Assembly: GCF_033153115.1 (NCBI RefSeq)
Contig: NW_026889796.1
Location: forward strand, 13,020,001 to 13,084,000
Length of the DNA: 64,000 nucleotides
Source: Saccostrea echinata
Lineage: Eukaryota
Direction of reading: 5' to 3'
The position numbers were made by a program, and so were the translations under genes. The notes under the pieces are model-generated. The model was not told the origin of the DNA and ran no database searches. It was given only the letters and a program-made list of their open reading frames with translations. This document shows positions 51,538 through 64,000 of this stretch, one piece after another. The stretch's first letter is position 1; every line of letters starts with the position of its first letter.

Positions 51538-53344
51538 ATTTATAATTCCTTATTGTATTATACCGAATAGATTAAAAATGTTTTGTTGTAATATTTTCCG
51601 AACAATGATAAAAAATGTATACATGTAGATATATGTATATGAAAGTCTGAAAAGAGTATTTTTTGAAAATATTTGTGAAAAAAAAATATAAATTTGTATA
51701 TAGTAAAACATTTGCTCTTTTGATCATGCAGACATTCTGAAATTAGACGCCATTTTCATTAAAGTCGTTTATATAACAATATGATTAGAGATTATCCAAT
51801 TTCTCAAAAATAATGAATTATTTTTGTGGGTTAAAATTGAGTTTGACCACCCACAGGTATGTTTCACTTAATACAAAACATGCATTTTTGTGGGTTAAAA
51901 TTGAGTTTGACAACCTACATGTATTATTCACTTAATACAAAACATGCAGACAAGAATAGAATCTGATGCAAAAGGACATATCGCTTTATTAGTGCGTCCG
52001 GCCTCTGTGATCAATGTCTTCTGTCATCGATTTACAAAAAATGTTCACGTTATTTCGAACATATTGAGTCAGACCTTAGTTCGCCTGTCTCTTAAGTTCA
52101 AAGTTTGTCCGCGGTCTGTCTGGAGTCCGTGGTCTTGTTAACTTTTCGACATCATCTCCAGAACTACATAGCCAATTTCAACCAAATTTGGCACAAAGCC
52201 TCTTTAGATGAAGGAAATTCAGAATTGGACCATGCTCATTTTAAAGGGGGAAAGTTAAGATATTAAATTAAAACTGATAGGGTGGCGTCATTCAGAACTT
52301 AATTTTTAAGAACCATTGGACCGTGAAAGACAGTGTGAACATTCCCTTCACATTTCATGGGGAAAGTAGTCACAGAGAACTGACACAGTCTGGACTCTGG
52401 AGTATGAGCAATCGCAATAATATAACTATTCCGCCGATCATTCCGTCAGGTTTTTCCAGACTTGTGTGTGTGTGTGTTTGTGTGTATGAGTGTGTATGTG
52501 AGGGTGTGTGTGAGTGAAGATAATGATACTTTTGGTATGTCCCTCTTTTGGACGGCTTAAAGAACAAGTTTGGGTTTCAGGTTGACTAATTTTTACGAGA
52601 AAGTTTATTGTCCTAAATTTCAAAATATTTAATAATTCACTGTTTCCCGTTGAATTTTTTATGTGCTTGTATAGATAAGGACTACGAAACAAAAAAAAAA
52701 AAAACATATTTGTTTACAGTTCCCGTCTGCCCTAATTTCATGTGCACTGATGTTAAAACTTTCTAGAAAAATATTAACTGCCTATACCCACCGACCCATT
52801 TTTTTTTCATCCTGAAACTGGAGAGGTCAAACAAGCAAACATTTTTTTAAAAGGTGACCAAGAAGATTTTATGGCTAGAAAAAAAGTTAAGAGAGCTTCA
52901 AGTATGTCTTTAAATATTGTAGACGTATTTCAAAGTCATGTTTTTATGTGAAAAATTAATAAAGAATAAAAATGAAAACAAAATCCTACCTACCCGCTCT
53001 ATTTTTTTTTATTAACATATAATAGTAAACACATATTTTTTCTTAGTCTAATAATGAGAAGATTTTTGGTATGTTGATGATAGAATTTCATTTCATTTTT
53101 TTTGTTGATTTATCCGTTTATAGAGAAGTTATCACTCTTAGACCTAAAAAAAATCAATTGCATAATACTGTAATACATACAACTATCACATCTGTAATTA
53201 ATTATATTTGTATGAATCATGCATGTTACAATGTAGATATGCTCAAAAGGGCCCTGATTTGGAATCATAAATACAAATGTATCTATCTATCATAATACTG
53301 TTTAATTCTGGACTTTTATTTTGTCTTCCAAATAATAAGTTGAT

Positions 53345-54648
53345 TTTTAACTCCAGTCATTGACTAGAAGAGCTTATGCGGTAGTAAGGTGTCCGTCGTC
53401 CATTCAATTTTTCAAAATGCTACAGTTTTGGTATGAATTCAATATAACTTGGCACACAAGTAAGCTACATAATTTTGTTTATTTTTGATTTCAATGAAAA
53501 CGGTGTTGCCATGGTTACTAAAAATAGAAAAAAAAATCTGTGAAATACTTTCAAAATGCTATTTCTCTTACAGTTTTAGTCTGATTTCAATATAAATTGG
53601 CACACAAGTAGAATGCACTAAGATACATAATTCTTTTATCAGTCTTTTATTTCAATGAACGGTGTTGTCATGGTTACAAAAAATAGAAAAATCTGTAGAA
53701 TAGTTTTAAAATGCTACTCTTCCTACAGTTTTGCTCTGATTTCAATATAACTTGGCACACAAGTCAAGTAGACTACACTACGATAAATAATTCTGTTTAT
53801 CGATTGTTGGTTGCCATGGTTACTAAAAATAGAAAATTCTGTGAAATATTTTCAAAATGCTACTCCTCCTACAGTTTTAGTCTGATTTCAATTTAACTTG
53901 GCAAACAAGTTTATTGCACTAATTTACATATTTCTACTTATCGGTTTTCAAACTTGAAAAATTAGTTGACCGGCCTAAAAAGGGGATCAAAATTTTCCAT
54001 AGGAAAATCCTTTAGATCAACAAAGCTGTGATCAGTCATATTGGTATGGAAGTATCATCAGGTAGGGTAGATTCACGTTTGTTCAAATTGTGACCCCTGG
54101 GGGTAGGGTGGGCCACAATGGGAGATCAAAGTTTTACATAGGAATATATGGGGGAAAAAATCTTATTCTCAAGAACAGAAAAGCCATTTTTAGTCATAAT
54201 GATAGGAAAGCATACTCAGGTAGTCTAGATTCAAGTTTGTTCAATGATGACCCCCGGGGGTAGGGTGGGGCCACAGTGGGGGATCAGACATAGGAATATA
54301 CAGGAAAAATCTTATTCTCAAGAACAGAAAAGCAATGTTTAGTCTTTTGGTATGGAAGCATACGCATGTAGTGTATATTCTTTTTTGTTCAAATCATGAC
54401 CCACGGGGATAGGGAGTGGCCACAAATGGGGATCAAATTTTTAAAAAGGAATATTAAAAGGAATATACAGAAAAAAAATCCTCTGCTCAAAAACAACAAA
54501 GCTATTTGTTATATTGATATGGAAGCATCCTCAAGTAGTTTAAAATTCAAGCCCCCCCCCCCCTTTAAACTTTTCAATACTAAACTTATTTGTGTTTTTT
54601 CCTAGCCAATGTGCTCAGGAGAGCGATGTGACCCATGGGCCTCTTGTT
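53345..54648. mobile_element. Helentron/HINE element(s) carrying about 150-170-bp satellite-like (Cg170-like) monomers
   Basis: Tandem monomers caaaatgctac...ttggcacacaag and gtttgttcaaa..gacccc..gggccacaatggg; end caggagagcgatgtgacccatgggcctcttgtt. Confidence 0.65.
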
Positions 54649-55298
54649 TTTTCTTCTTTACTTACATGGATTTCTAGATTACAGTGTATATGCGATATTC
54701 AACAGTCTTATATCACAGTAAATTTTATACTTTATCAATGGTTTTGTCTACGATTGTGTAGGTCATTCCAGTCTTTCATATTAAAGAAACCACATAAATA
54801 TTCCAAACAACCATTACACGGTGTTAAGTCAGACAATATTTACGCAGTATTGCTTTTACAGCCCGTTAAGAGTGAATATATCTTTGATAACTATGACCTA
54901 GTACTAAGTCAAATGTTACTGATTTTTAATGTGTTTAATCTCTCCCAAAATGTCTCCTTTTACTTCAGCTGACTAATATTATTAATACTTTAATGATATT
55001 AAATAAACAAGTTACGTATAAGAGTTTTAATTCACTTCAATAAATTAAGGCAATCTTGCGAAGCAACAACAAGGAATTTAGCTAATTATATCATCTTGTG
55101 AGTTTTACATTTACGAAGTGAATGTAAATGCAAATTTTATATCATGTTGTAAATTTTGCATTTACCACCTTCCAGTAAATTAAAAATTTTTCAACCTGTC
55201 TCAATCACCAAGAATCCTTAAATGATCCCTCTGCAGAAATATGAATCAAAGAACAACCATACTTATAGAATAACTTGTGAATTCTACAAAAGATTTAT

Positions 55299-58112
55299 TT
55301 AACAAATGGCTGTATTGGGGTGACACAGCTTATAAAATGATATAATAAAAACTAAATTGAACATAAGGCCACCAGAAACAATGCCAATTGACCCGTAATA
55401 AATCCAAGGACAAAAGGAAATATTTTTAGCCAAAATCCATAAAATAAGTATAGTGATATTCTCAGTGTAAAAGAATAAATAATATAAAAGGGCATGGTAT
55501 CGAGATTTACCGGGACTGACATTCATGAAAGAAAAAATCTGCACAAATCCAACGAATAAAATAAATATAATGTTTTCGTGGGTTTTCTTGTATGGCCTCA
55601 TTTTCGTCGCAAATGACCACGTGATAACAACAATCCAATGAAAGACTACTGTTACTGCAAAAATGATGCCGTTCATTAGAATAATCATAACTAATGCCAA
55701 TACTCTTGGTCCTATTTCAAACGCTCTCCAGAGGAAGTATCCTGTTGCAGCAAAGATCGTTTTTTGTCTCGTTTTGTGCATAGCGTTGCTCACACGGAGT
55801 GCTCGATAGTAAGCAGTCACAGACCACGTGACAGATGCCCAAGAGGAGAGAACTGTTAACAGTCTAAGGATATCTGAAAATTAACCAAAAAATGGTAAAG
55901 TGTTGCAGCGAAATATAACACAATGCTCATATGTATGTGATTTAAAAATCGTCCAATGGCTGTATATTATGTATTTAATTGCCAAACTTAAAAATCTATA
56001 TGGGTAAATTGAATTTTTACAGCTTGATATTTTTTGAATTAGTAACCAGCTTCTCAAGATGTATAGTCTACGGAAATATACAATTTTAAAGTATAGCAGA
56101 ATTTTGAGTAGCTAATCGTAAATATTGAGGAAATACACAACAGAGCTTCAGATTGCTGTGGTAAATTCATGCATGTAATCCATTACCTTGATTTATCGAT
56201 GTAAAATACATATAACTACTATGGTATCAGAAAGAAAATAACTTCTTTTAGATGCTTACTAAATGACTTCTGAAATAATTATGTTATCTTAAGATTGCAC
56301 TCAAAAATATCAATATCCGGTTCAAGACAACTCGTGGCGCTTCCATAAATTTGATAAAATCCGGAAAAAAGAAACTTACGACTGTGAATCGATATGTCTT
56401 CACAATCTTTGAGATTCTCCTGTTCCTTCAGAATGAGGTAGATCTGTAGCACCAGTTGGGGAGCGGATTCAATAAAGGCGTCAAACATTCTTAGTAGACT
56501 GGCATCTCTATCATTGTAGATCATCTCTATGTAATGATAGTGCTTGTTAATGCCTTTCTGCTTGCTTTTGCAGCCGTGAAATACGTAGGTTATATTTCTG
56601 TAAAAAACAATAATGTTACTTTTAAAGAATATAAGAAACTATATTATAATATTATAAGTAATAACATCCTTTTATGTACATGTATATAATATGTGACCCA
56701 CTTTTCCAGAAAAAATGTTAACTCAGCTCGTTTTTGATGACATTTAAAAATGATTTGTGTGACTTGAACATTCTTCATTTCATTTTTTTTTTGTATTGTT
56801 ATTTCTCTTTAATCAATAGTAGGCCTAACCAATTGCTTGTTACGCACTAATCAACAGGACTATTCATTAATATATGACTCAAAAATGTGATTATGAAGAA
56901 TATTTCATGTTAGATCTAAGGACTGTTGCACATTAACTTCATTTAAGTATGAAACACATTGACAGAATATTATCTATGAGTTGTTTGGAACTCTTACACG
57001 CTAAAGGTTATCTGGGATCACAAACCTGACCATGTCTTAATCCTTACATATCTTCGCTAGCCAAGGGTTTCTGATACGCTACTCTCCTCATAGCATATCA
57101 GAAACCCTTGGCTAGCGAAGATGCTTACGTACAGGAAAAGTGCATTAATGTCTACATGATTTAGCCATGAAATAACTTGAAATCCATTGTATCACTGTTT
57201 GTTGCATTTTTAAAAACCCGTGTATTCTTTAACATTTTTTCAGAGAAATGAGACAGGAAAGTACGACAAGAGGTGATGTAAAAGGATGGGAATAGAAGAA
57301 GATAGAAGGGGCCGAGGGAAATGTAAAGCCGGGGGAGCTAGGTTAACGTTATGAGAAAATAAAATGATTACCCCTCCCCATCCCTACTCATGTCAAATGA
57401 CATAATCAAGTCTACCTCTCTATAGTAGCAAATGGAAACATCAGAATCAATAAACAGATATTTCGGCGGGATGGTTCCTGAGTATGCCAGATCGAACTTA
57501 AGATTCCAGTTACTAAAAATGCAGCAGCTACCAGGGATGACGTCAAAACGCACTCGAACATCATTCCATCGTCGTAATAGCTTTTGGCCAACAAAATGTC
57601 CGTAAAAACATCAATGCAAAAAAATATCAGAGAAATACTGATGCCAATAAAATCGATGCAAGAAAATGGATAAAACTGATTTGTTTTCTTTTTTGATTCG
57701 TCAACACGGACACCGCCTCTGTTTGATCCACGCGCTGGCCGACCAGATTGTCGACTTCGTCTGCAGAACTCTTACTTTCGAAAGCACCTGGATTCTCGGT
57801 CGTAGAATCTCTGGTTTGTAATTCGACGTGTTGTCCATTTTTCTTTTTTGATTCGTCAACACCGACACCGACTGAAGAGTCGCCCGTCTCTAAATGATCC
57901 ACGCGCAAACCGACGAGATGGTCGACTTCGTCTGCAGAACTCGTACATAGGAAGCACCTGGATTCTCGGTCGTAGATTCTCTGGTTTGTAAATTCGACAT
58001 GTTGTCCATTCCTGATCGGTCTGAGACACACTCCTTCAACATCCACCTTACGTTGATCGGCTAATCGTCTGGTTAATATCACTTTACATTTCCGGTTCTC
58101 ATGGTTTTCCAT
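55299..58112 (-). pseudogene. XKR: XK-related protein copy C2 with an exon-1 frameshift (pseudogene, null allele or alternate haplotype of C1); exons 58112-57416, 56597-56380, 55873-55299
   Basis: Exon 1 is 697 nt (3n+1, whereas 3n+2 is required). A short deletion near 57712 in the repeat region shifts the frame before TM1. Exons 2 and 3 (218/575 nt) are open and nearly identical to C1. Confidence 0.8.
57049..57123. mobile_element. 75-bp palindromic hairpin insertion in C2 intron 1
   Basis: ATCTTCGCTAGCCAAGGGTTTCTGATA / TATCAGAAACCCTTGGCTAGCGAAGAT with CTTAC(A/G) flanks; absent in C1. Confidence 0.8.
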
Positions 58113-60653
58113 GTCGTTATGGTTGATCTAAAGAATTCTCTCCCATGTTTCACATTCTCGAAACAATTCCATTAGTTCCAGGGAAAATCTAACTGAACAC
58201 AGGTCCTGTTTCTAGTTCAATCATGTCTATGTATAAACGTAAATACTCAATAGTACACGATAACAGGCAACATGATCGGAGACGCATTACTATTCCTCGA
58301 TTCTATAAATATCTCGCAACGCATGTAAACATAATAGTATACTATCTGGAAATATTTCAAGTTCACTGGTCAACGCACTCGTTGTCAGCCTTGTCCAAAC
58401 ACACATAGACGACCTAACTACCTGAGTAAATATCATTTACTGCTGGGTCCATCAGACATGTGCAAGTATAAATGTTCACGTAATCTTGAATTATAACATA
58501 TGTGTATTCATCTGAAAACTTAATCGCCCGTGGCCTAAAATTTAATTGTTTGAATTCAAGTTTCAGTGCGAGATATTAGATATGATGCTAAGTATTTTTA
58601 TAATGTTCATTTAAAATTCAAAGCATTAAAAATTTACATTGTACTTCTACAAAACATTTTCAAAATTCAAAAGTCTACGAAGCATTTTCCTCTAAATTTT
58701 ACCAAAATATTAATGCACATTAATATACAGTAACTGTTTCCCAATTTTCGGCCACGAGATCGAAAAGAACCACCCACATCCACCTAATTTTTGTTTTCGA
58801 TTAATAAATACCCCCTGTCCAAAGTTTTACGTGTTCATTGAGAAACTAGAGAATTTTTTTTTTTTATTAGTATTGCAACCTGCAGTAAAAATTAAAAAGG
58901 CTAAATTATAAAATATTGTAGTTTAAAAGATTTCAAGAGGAATCCTGTATGTGTTCAGACAAAACAAAAAAATTAAAAATAAATAGGAATTTAAGAAATA
59001 AAACATTGGCATTTTTATTTTTTTCTGTAATCATTTATTTATAATAGCTCGTGGAAAATAAGTGCAAATTTCTCGTAAAACAATAAATCTTGAACACAGG
59101 GCCACTTAATTTCGATAGATCGGATTGAGTGAAATCCGTAAAAATTGGAGAACATCGTAACAAAAAGCTTGCAGTTACACTTTTTACATTATTCTTGCGT
59201 GAATAATTTTAAAATCCAGATATTTGACTAAATTAGGCCAAAACCAGAACAATTTAAAACTTTTGAGATTATTTGTGAAAGGACCCCCTCCCCCTTTTTT
59301 TGTTTGTTGTTTGTATTTTTTGTTTTTGTTTGTTTGTTAATTCTTGATCATTTAAAATTCCTTATTGTTCTATTTAATTTATGTGCAGGCTGCCACTTTC
59401 ATTTTATTTTTTATTAAACTGAATAAATTTAAAATAAATTGTTGTAATATTTTCCGAGTAATGAAAAATATATATAAATATATGTATATGAAAGTCTGAA
59501 AAGGAAATTTTTTTTGAAAATATTTATGAGAAAAAATATAAATTTGTATATAAAAAAAAAATTGCTCTTTTGATGAGAAATTCTGAAAGTCGACGCCATT
59601 TGCATTAATGTACCAATATGACTAGAGATGATCCAATTTGTCAAAAAAATAAATAAATAAATTGCTTTTGTGCGTTAAAATTGAGTTTGACCATCTACAT
59701 GTATATATATGTTTCACATAATACAAAACATGCATTTTTGTGGGCTAAAATTGAGTTTGACCACCTACATGTATTATTCACTTAATACAAAACATGCATG
59801 CAGACAAGAATAGAATCTGATGCAATAGGACATGTCACAGGGTCAGGGTCTTGTTTTATTCAGTGAAAACAAAACTGGTTCGGTCTTCAATTATTTAATT
59901 ATGGATACAGAAAAAAACCCTAGAAAATAGAAAAACACACTCACAACACTCATACAAAACAATAGACAAAGACAAACACGAAACATAAAGACATTTAAAC
60001 GTTAACGAAAAGTAAGGGTAATTAAGATATTAATACGACTGCCAGAAGATCGTTACATATATTTAACAAGTAAATGAATTACAAGATTAATGAACATCTT
60101 ACCAGGCATCCAGTATTAAAATCAGGAATAGATAATACACATCGATTGAATCGATCTAAGGCATAACAAATAGTTACGTTATCTGTCAGCGTAAAGGCAC
60201 AAAAGCTTGGGGTGTTATATAATGAGAAGAATTTTGGTATGTTGATGATCGAATTTCATTTCGTTTGATTTTTTTTTTCTCGAAAGTTATTGCTCGTAAA
60301 CTTTGAATTTTTCTAATTATTTACAGTTTTCAGAATTTTTCTTGCGATGCTTGTAGATAATTGAGCTGATTTCTGGTATTTTTCCTATATTGATGACTCG
60401 CAGATTAGTTGTTGATGTACCCGTTTATAGAGAAGTTATCGTTCTTAGACCTAAAAAAAAAAATCAATTGCATACACTATACTGTATACAACTATCACTT
60501 CTGTGAAGAAGTACATGTATATGAATCATGTGTTTTACAATGTATATATGCTCAAATGGACCCTGATTTGGAATAATAAATACAAATATATCTATCTATC
60601 ATAATGCTGTTTAATTCTGGACTTTTTTGTCTCCCAGATAATATTAGGTCGAT

Positions 60654-61200
60654 TTTTAACTCCAGTCATTAACCAGAAGAGCTTATGTTATGCGGTAGTA
60701 AGGTGTCCGTCGTCCATTCAATTTTTTCAAAATTTTCACCTCCTACAGTTTTGGTATGAATTCAATATAACTTAGCACACAAGTAGACTGCACTAAGCTA
60801 CATAATTCTGTTAGTCTTTTTCTGATTTTCTGATTTCAATGAATGGTGTTGCCATGGCTACTAAAAATAGAAAATTCTGTGAAATACTTCCAAAATATTA
60901 CTTTCACAGTTTTAGTCTGATTTCAATATAACATGGCACACAAATATACTGCACTAAGTTACATAATTCTTTCAATCGGTTTTTTATTTCAATGAACGGT
61001 GTTGTCATGGGTACAAAAAAAATAGAAAAATATGTGGAAAAGTTTCAAAATGCTATTCTTCCTACAGTTTTGGTCTGATTTCAATATAACATGGTACACA
61101 AGTAGACTACACTAAGATATGTAATTCTGTATATCAATTTTTGATTTCAATGAAAGGTGTTGCCATGGTTACTAAAAATAGAAAATTCTGTGAAAGCTAG
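60654..61200. repeat. Paralogous copy of the HINE/satellite array at 53345-53950
   Basis: Same start (ttttaactccagtcatt..agaagagcttatg) and same monomers. Confidence 0.65.
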
Positions 61201-61923
61201 TCTCATCAGAGACTTCTAGTTTTTCTTTTCATTGATGACTTAGAGGTCAAGTTCAAGTTTAATGTTGCTTGACCAAATTCAAAGATATTGCCCTTAAACT
61301 GTGAAAATTATTAATTATTCAATTTCCAGTCATTTTTAAAGCATGAGCTGATATTTGGTATGCCTCTTTATCTTGATGTCAACTCGTGCCAATATTCACC
61401 AATATAACTTCAATAACCCTATAACATCCACTTTGTTCTCTGGCTCAACTTTCAGTTTCATCATGATTGACCTATTGACACAAAAGTTATTGCCCTTAGA
61501 CTTGAAAAATTTTTCATCAAATAAACTGTTTTCTGGACTATTTTCTTGGCTGTACTAGTAGTTGATCAACTACACTGAGTCTTTCCTGTTCATCGACCTT
61601 TCTCATCACCAGAGAAACCTCAAAGAATATCATGAAATTGCACAGAAAAATAAATGAATGGTTTTGTGTCCAAAAATGTCTATCTGATTTTTAATACTGT
61701 AAATACATGTACTTTGTACAATTTTTTTTTTTTTATTTGTTAAACTCTCTTTTAAGTCTAAATCTGCAAACATGTCTAAATAAATGTAAGCATGTTCAAA
61801 TGAATACATGTACTCCTTTCAAATAAACCAATAAATGAAAACAACAGCCAAATTTACAAGAATCACATATTTTACTTGAAATGTAAAGAGAAACAAAAAT
61901 TATTATAAGTCTATGATGTGCTG

Positions 61924-63866
61924 TTAATCTTCTTGCATAAACTGTGGTGTTAAAGGTCGATCTGCATGTACAACTCTGTTAGGGACTCCTAAATCATAGG
62001 CTAAGTCATTCATTTCATCTGAAAAGGAAGGCATAAAATAAACCATTACTTAAATGGGCTACGATTTACAATAGAGAAATGCTATTGCTTGTGATCAAGA
62101 TTTTCTAAATCTGTCTGTCACACATGCAGTTAGACCTGCTTATAGCAAAATATGTCACATACAGTAAAATCTGATTGTAGTAAGATCATAAACAGCTAGA
62201 ATTGTATTGTTACATTCATATTTTGTTAAATGATTAATGCTTCATTATTTTCTAGTTTATAAGTTGAAAAAAAAGTGATGCCATTGTAAGCATTTTGACA
62301 AATCTTTCTATGCTATAAACACATTACTTTTCTTATCTTGTATGTTACACATTTCATGAAAGGTCCTGTACATTTCCAACAAATTTTTATGACTCCAACA
62401 AATTTTATGATTCCTTAATTACACGTACAGATATGGGGAGATGTCTTTTTCAGACTTGTTTTTTTAAAAAAGCTGAGAAATATCTACTCAAGTACATCTC
62501 ACCATAGTATTTGAGCCAGCCAATATCTTTGTCTAGTCTCTTAATGGCCATCTTAATTCTCATCTGGTCTTCCTGGAAAACTTCTTCATAAGCTTGCAGT
62601 TCCTCTGATAAAATGTAAGAAATTCATTAGAAGGTAGTTTCATATCAAAGAAACTGAAATAGGCTCAGCTGTAATGTTTTTTCAAAAGAATTTTTAGCAT
62701 ACATGTACATGTGTATGCACTTAAGAAGTACTGTGCTCATGCATCAAACTGTTTCTAGTGGTATGTCAATCAAATGTATTAAGAAACTTTTTGAGCAGTA
62801 CAATAAATATCTGATGTTTGTATCCTATGACTATGAAGGATTGTGACAGTATGTTTGCAGCCCTGTACCTACCCTGACTGCACATACTGTTATCCATTGG
62901 TACATATTGGCACTGGGGATAATTATGCACATGTATATGCAGAAATTAGCCTTTCTTACTCCCTGCAGAATGGATGAAAACGTGTACCTTACCAGGGATG
63001 GGGTCAATTACGTAGGAAAGTAATTAATGAACACAGGAAAATAACAACTTCAGCTATGTTTAAATTGTAAAATAAATAAATTTTGTTTAATTGTTTCAAT
63101 TTTATTCCAACAAGCTCCATCTTTTCTGAAATTCTGCACAAAGACTTACTTTATTTTGGAAAAAATGTATGTGTACAATGTTAATCGCTTTAAATAGATA
63201 TGTAAAAAAAAACTTTCCAAGAGCACACTAGCAAAAAACACAAATATAGAACATTGGCGATTTGTCATAGCAAACTGCCAAAATCCATATGTGCAAAAAT
63301 TTGACACCTTTAATTTAATTCAATTAATGGCACCACTTGGCACAAACATGTAATCGTGGCAAACCCACACGATACCCAAAAAACCAAGTGTTGATGATGC
63401 ATCTGTGTATAGGTACATGCTGTCATCTGGAGTCCTATAAATCTGTTATTGTATGTTCTTTACAAAATGTTTGATGTTAATGTGAAACATGGAATACTCA
63501 CTCTTCTTCCTAAAGCCATACACTACTCCCAAAGTAAGGGCAAAATATCTTGCAGTCTGTGTAAAGAAGAAAATAATCAATAATTTTTATAAACATTTAT
63601 TTTCTGGGTTACGACCTGAGACATAAATAACATGTTTGTTATGTGACTGTAATTACTTAAATAGTAATGTAATTAAATGTAACACCTAACAATTTACAGG
63701 ATAAAAACAGAGGAAATTCGAATCAGTCAAAATTCTTACATTTACTCGTTTTTTTACATTAAAATTATCATATGAACTAAGTCAAGAAAATAAAGATGAT
63801 CATTAAAAGACAAACCTTTAGACCAGGAGAAACACCTGGAACATGTTTCCAGTATTTAAACGACAT
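61924..63866 (-). CDS. ATP5ME: Mitochondrial ATP synthase subunit e, 100 aa; exons 63866-63816, 63556-63502, 62604-62503, 62018-61924
   Basis: Hand-spliced protein: MSFKYWKHVPGVSPGLK/TARYFALTLGVVYGFRKKK/ELQAYEEVFQEDQMRIKMAIKRLDKDIGWLKYYD/EMNDLAYDLGVPNRVVHADRPLTPQFMQED-stop. The VSPxxKxxRYxALxLGVxYG pattern (with GxxxG) matches subunit e. All introns are GT-AG with consistent phases. Confidence 0.85.
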
Positions 63867-64000
63867 GATTTTTTTAGTCGTGGAAGGTCAATCAACACTG
63901 GAATGGCCTCAAAAACCGATGACAAGGTTAACTCCCGAGGAGTTCCTTAAATTTCTAAGGAAGAAAGAACTGAATCGGATAAAAACGAGCTAGCGATTTT

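Noticed and set aside
2022-58112. Assigning a specific orthologue name (XKR4/6/8/9)
   Set aside because: Family motifs are clear, but subfamily assignment needs a phylogeny.
63796-63993. Plus-strand 65-aa ORF, or a head-to-head gene start (MASKTDDK|GT at 63903)
   Set aside because: It overlaps ATP5ME exon 1 and its 5' region on the other strand, has no recognisable motif, and cannot be supported within the window.

Overview
AT-rich, repeat-rich animal genomic DNA. The repeat types (Cg170/HINE-like Helentrons, bivalve-type SINEs) suggest a bivalve, probably an oyster; this is an inference. About 2-58 kb is a tandem array, all on the minus strand, of three-coding-exon XK-related (XKR/CED-8 family) phospholipid-scramblase-like genes. 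There are seven reconstructable copies in three subtypes (my labels A1, B1, A2, A3, B2, C1, C2) plus one degraded exon-3 relic. Hand-splicing leaves exactly one intact copy per subtype (A1 474 aa, B2 458 aa, C1 573 aa). B1 and A3 carry nonsense codons, C2 a frameshift, and A2 is a multiply broken A/B chimera. The most interesting signal is that these XKRs have almost no C-terminal tail, while their N-terminal cytoplasmic tails carry effector-caspase consensus sites (DEVD, DCVD, DSVD, DKVD). In C1 an in-frame 225-bp higher-order coding repeat multiplies DEVD. This suggests an expanded family of N-terminally caspase-gated scramblases with variable site number. An intronless orphan class A GPCR is nested in the array. 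A four-exon ATP synthase subunit e gene, missed by the ORF track, closes the window. Introns and spacers hold hAT, Tc1, Kolobok-like, IS3EU-like, Helentron, Penelope-like, SINE and hairpin elements, and a structurally intact, unusual tRNA-like gene inside a TIR element. There is a 143-N gap at 51395-51537.
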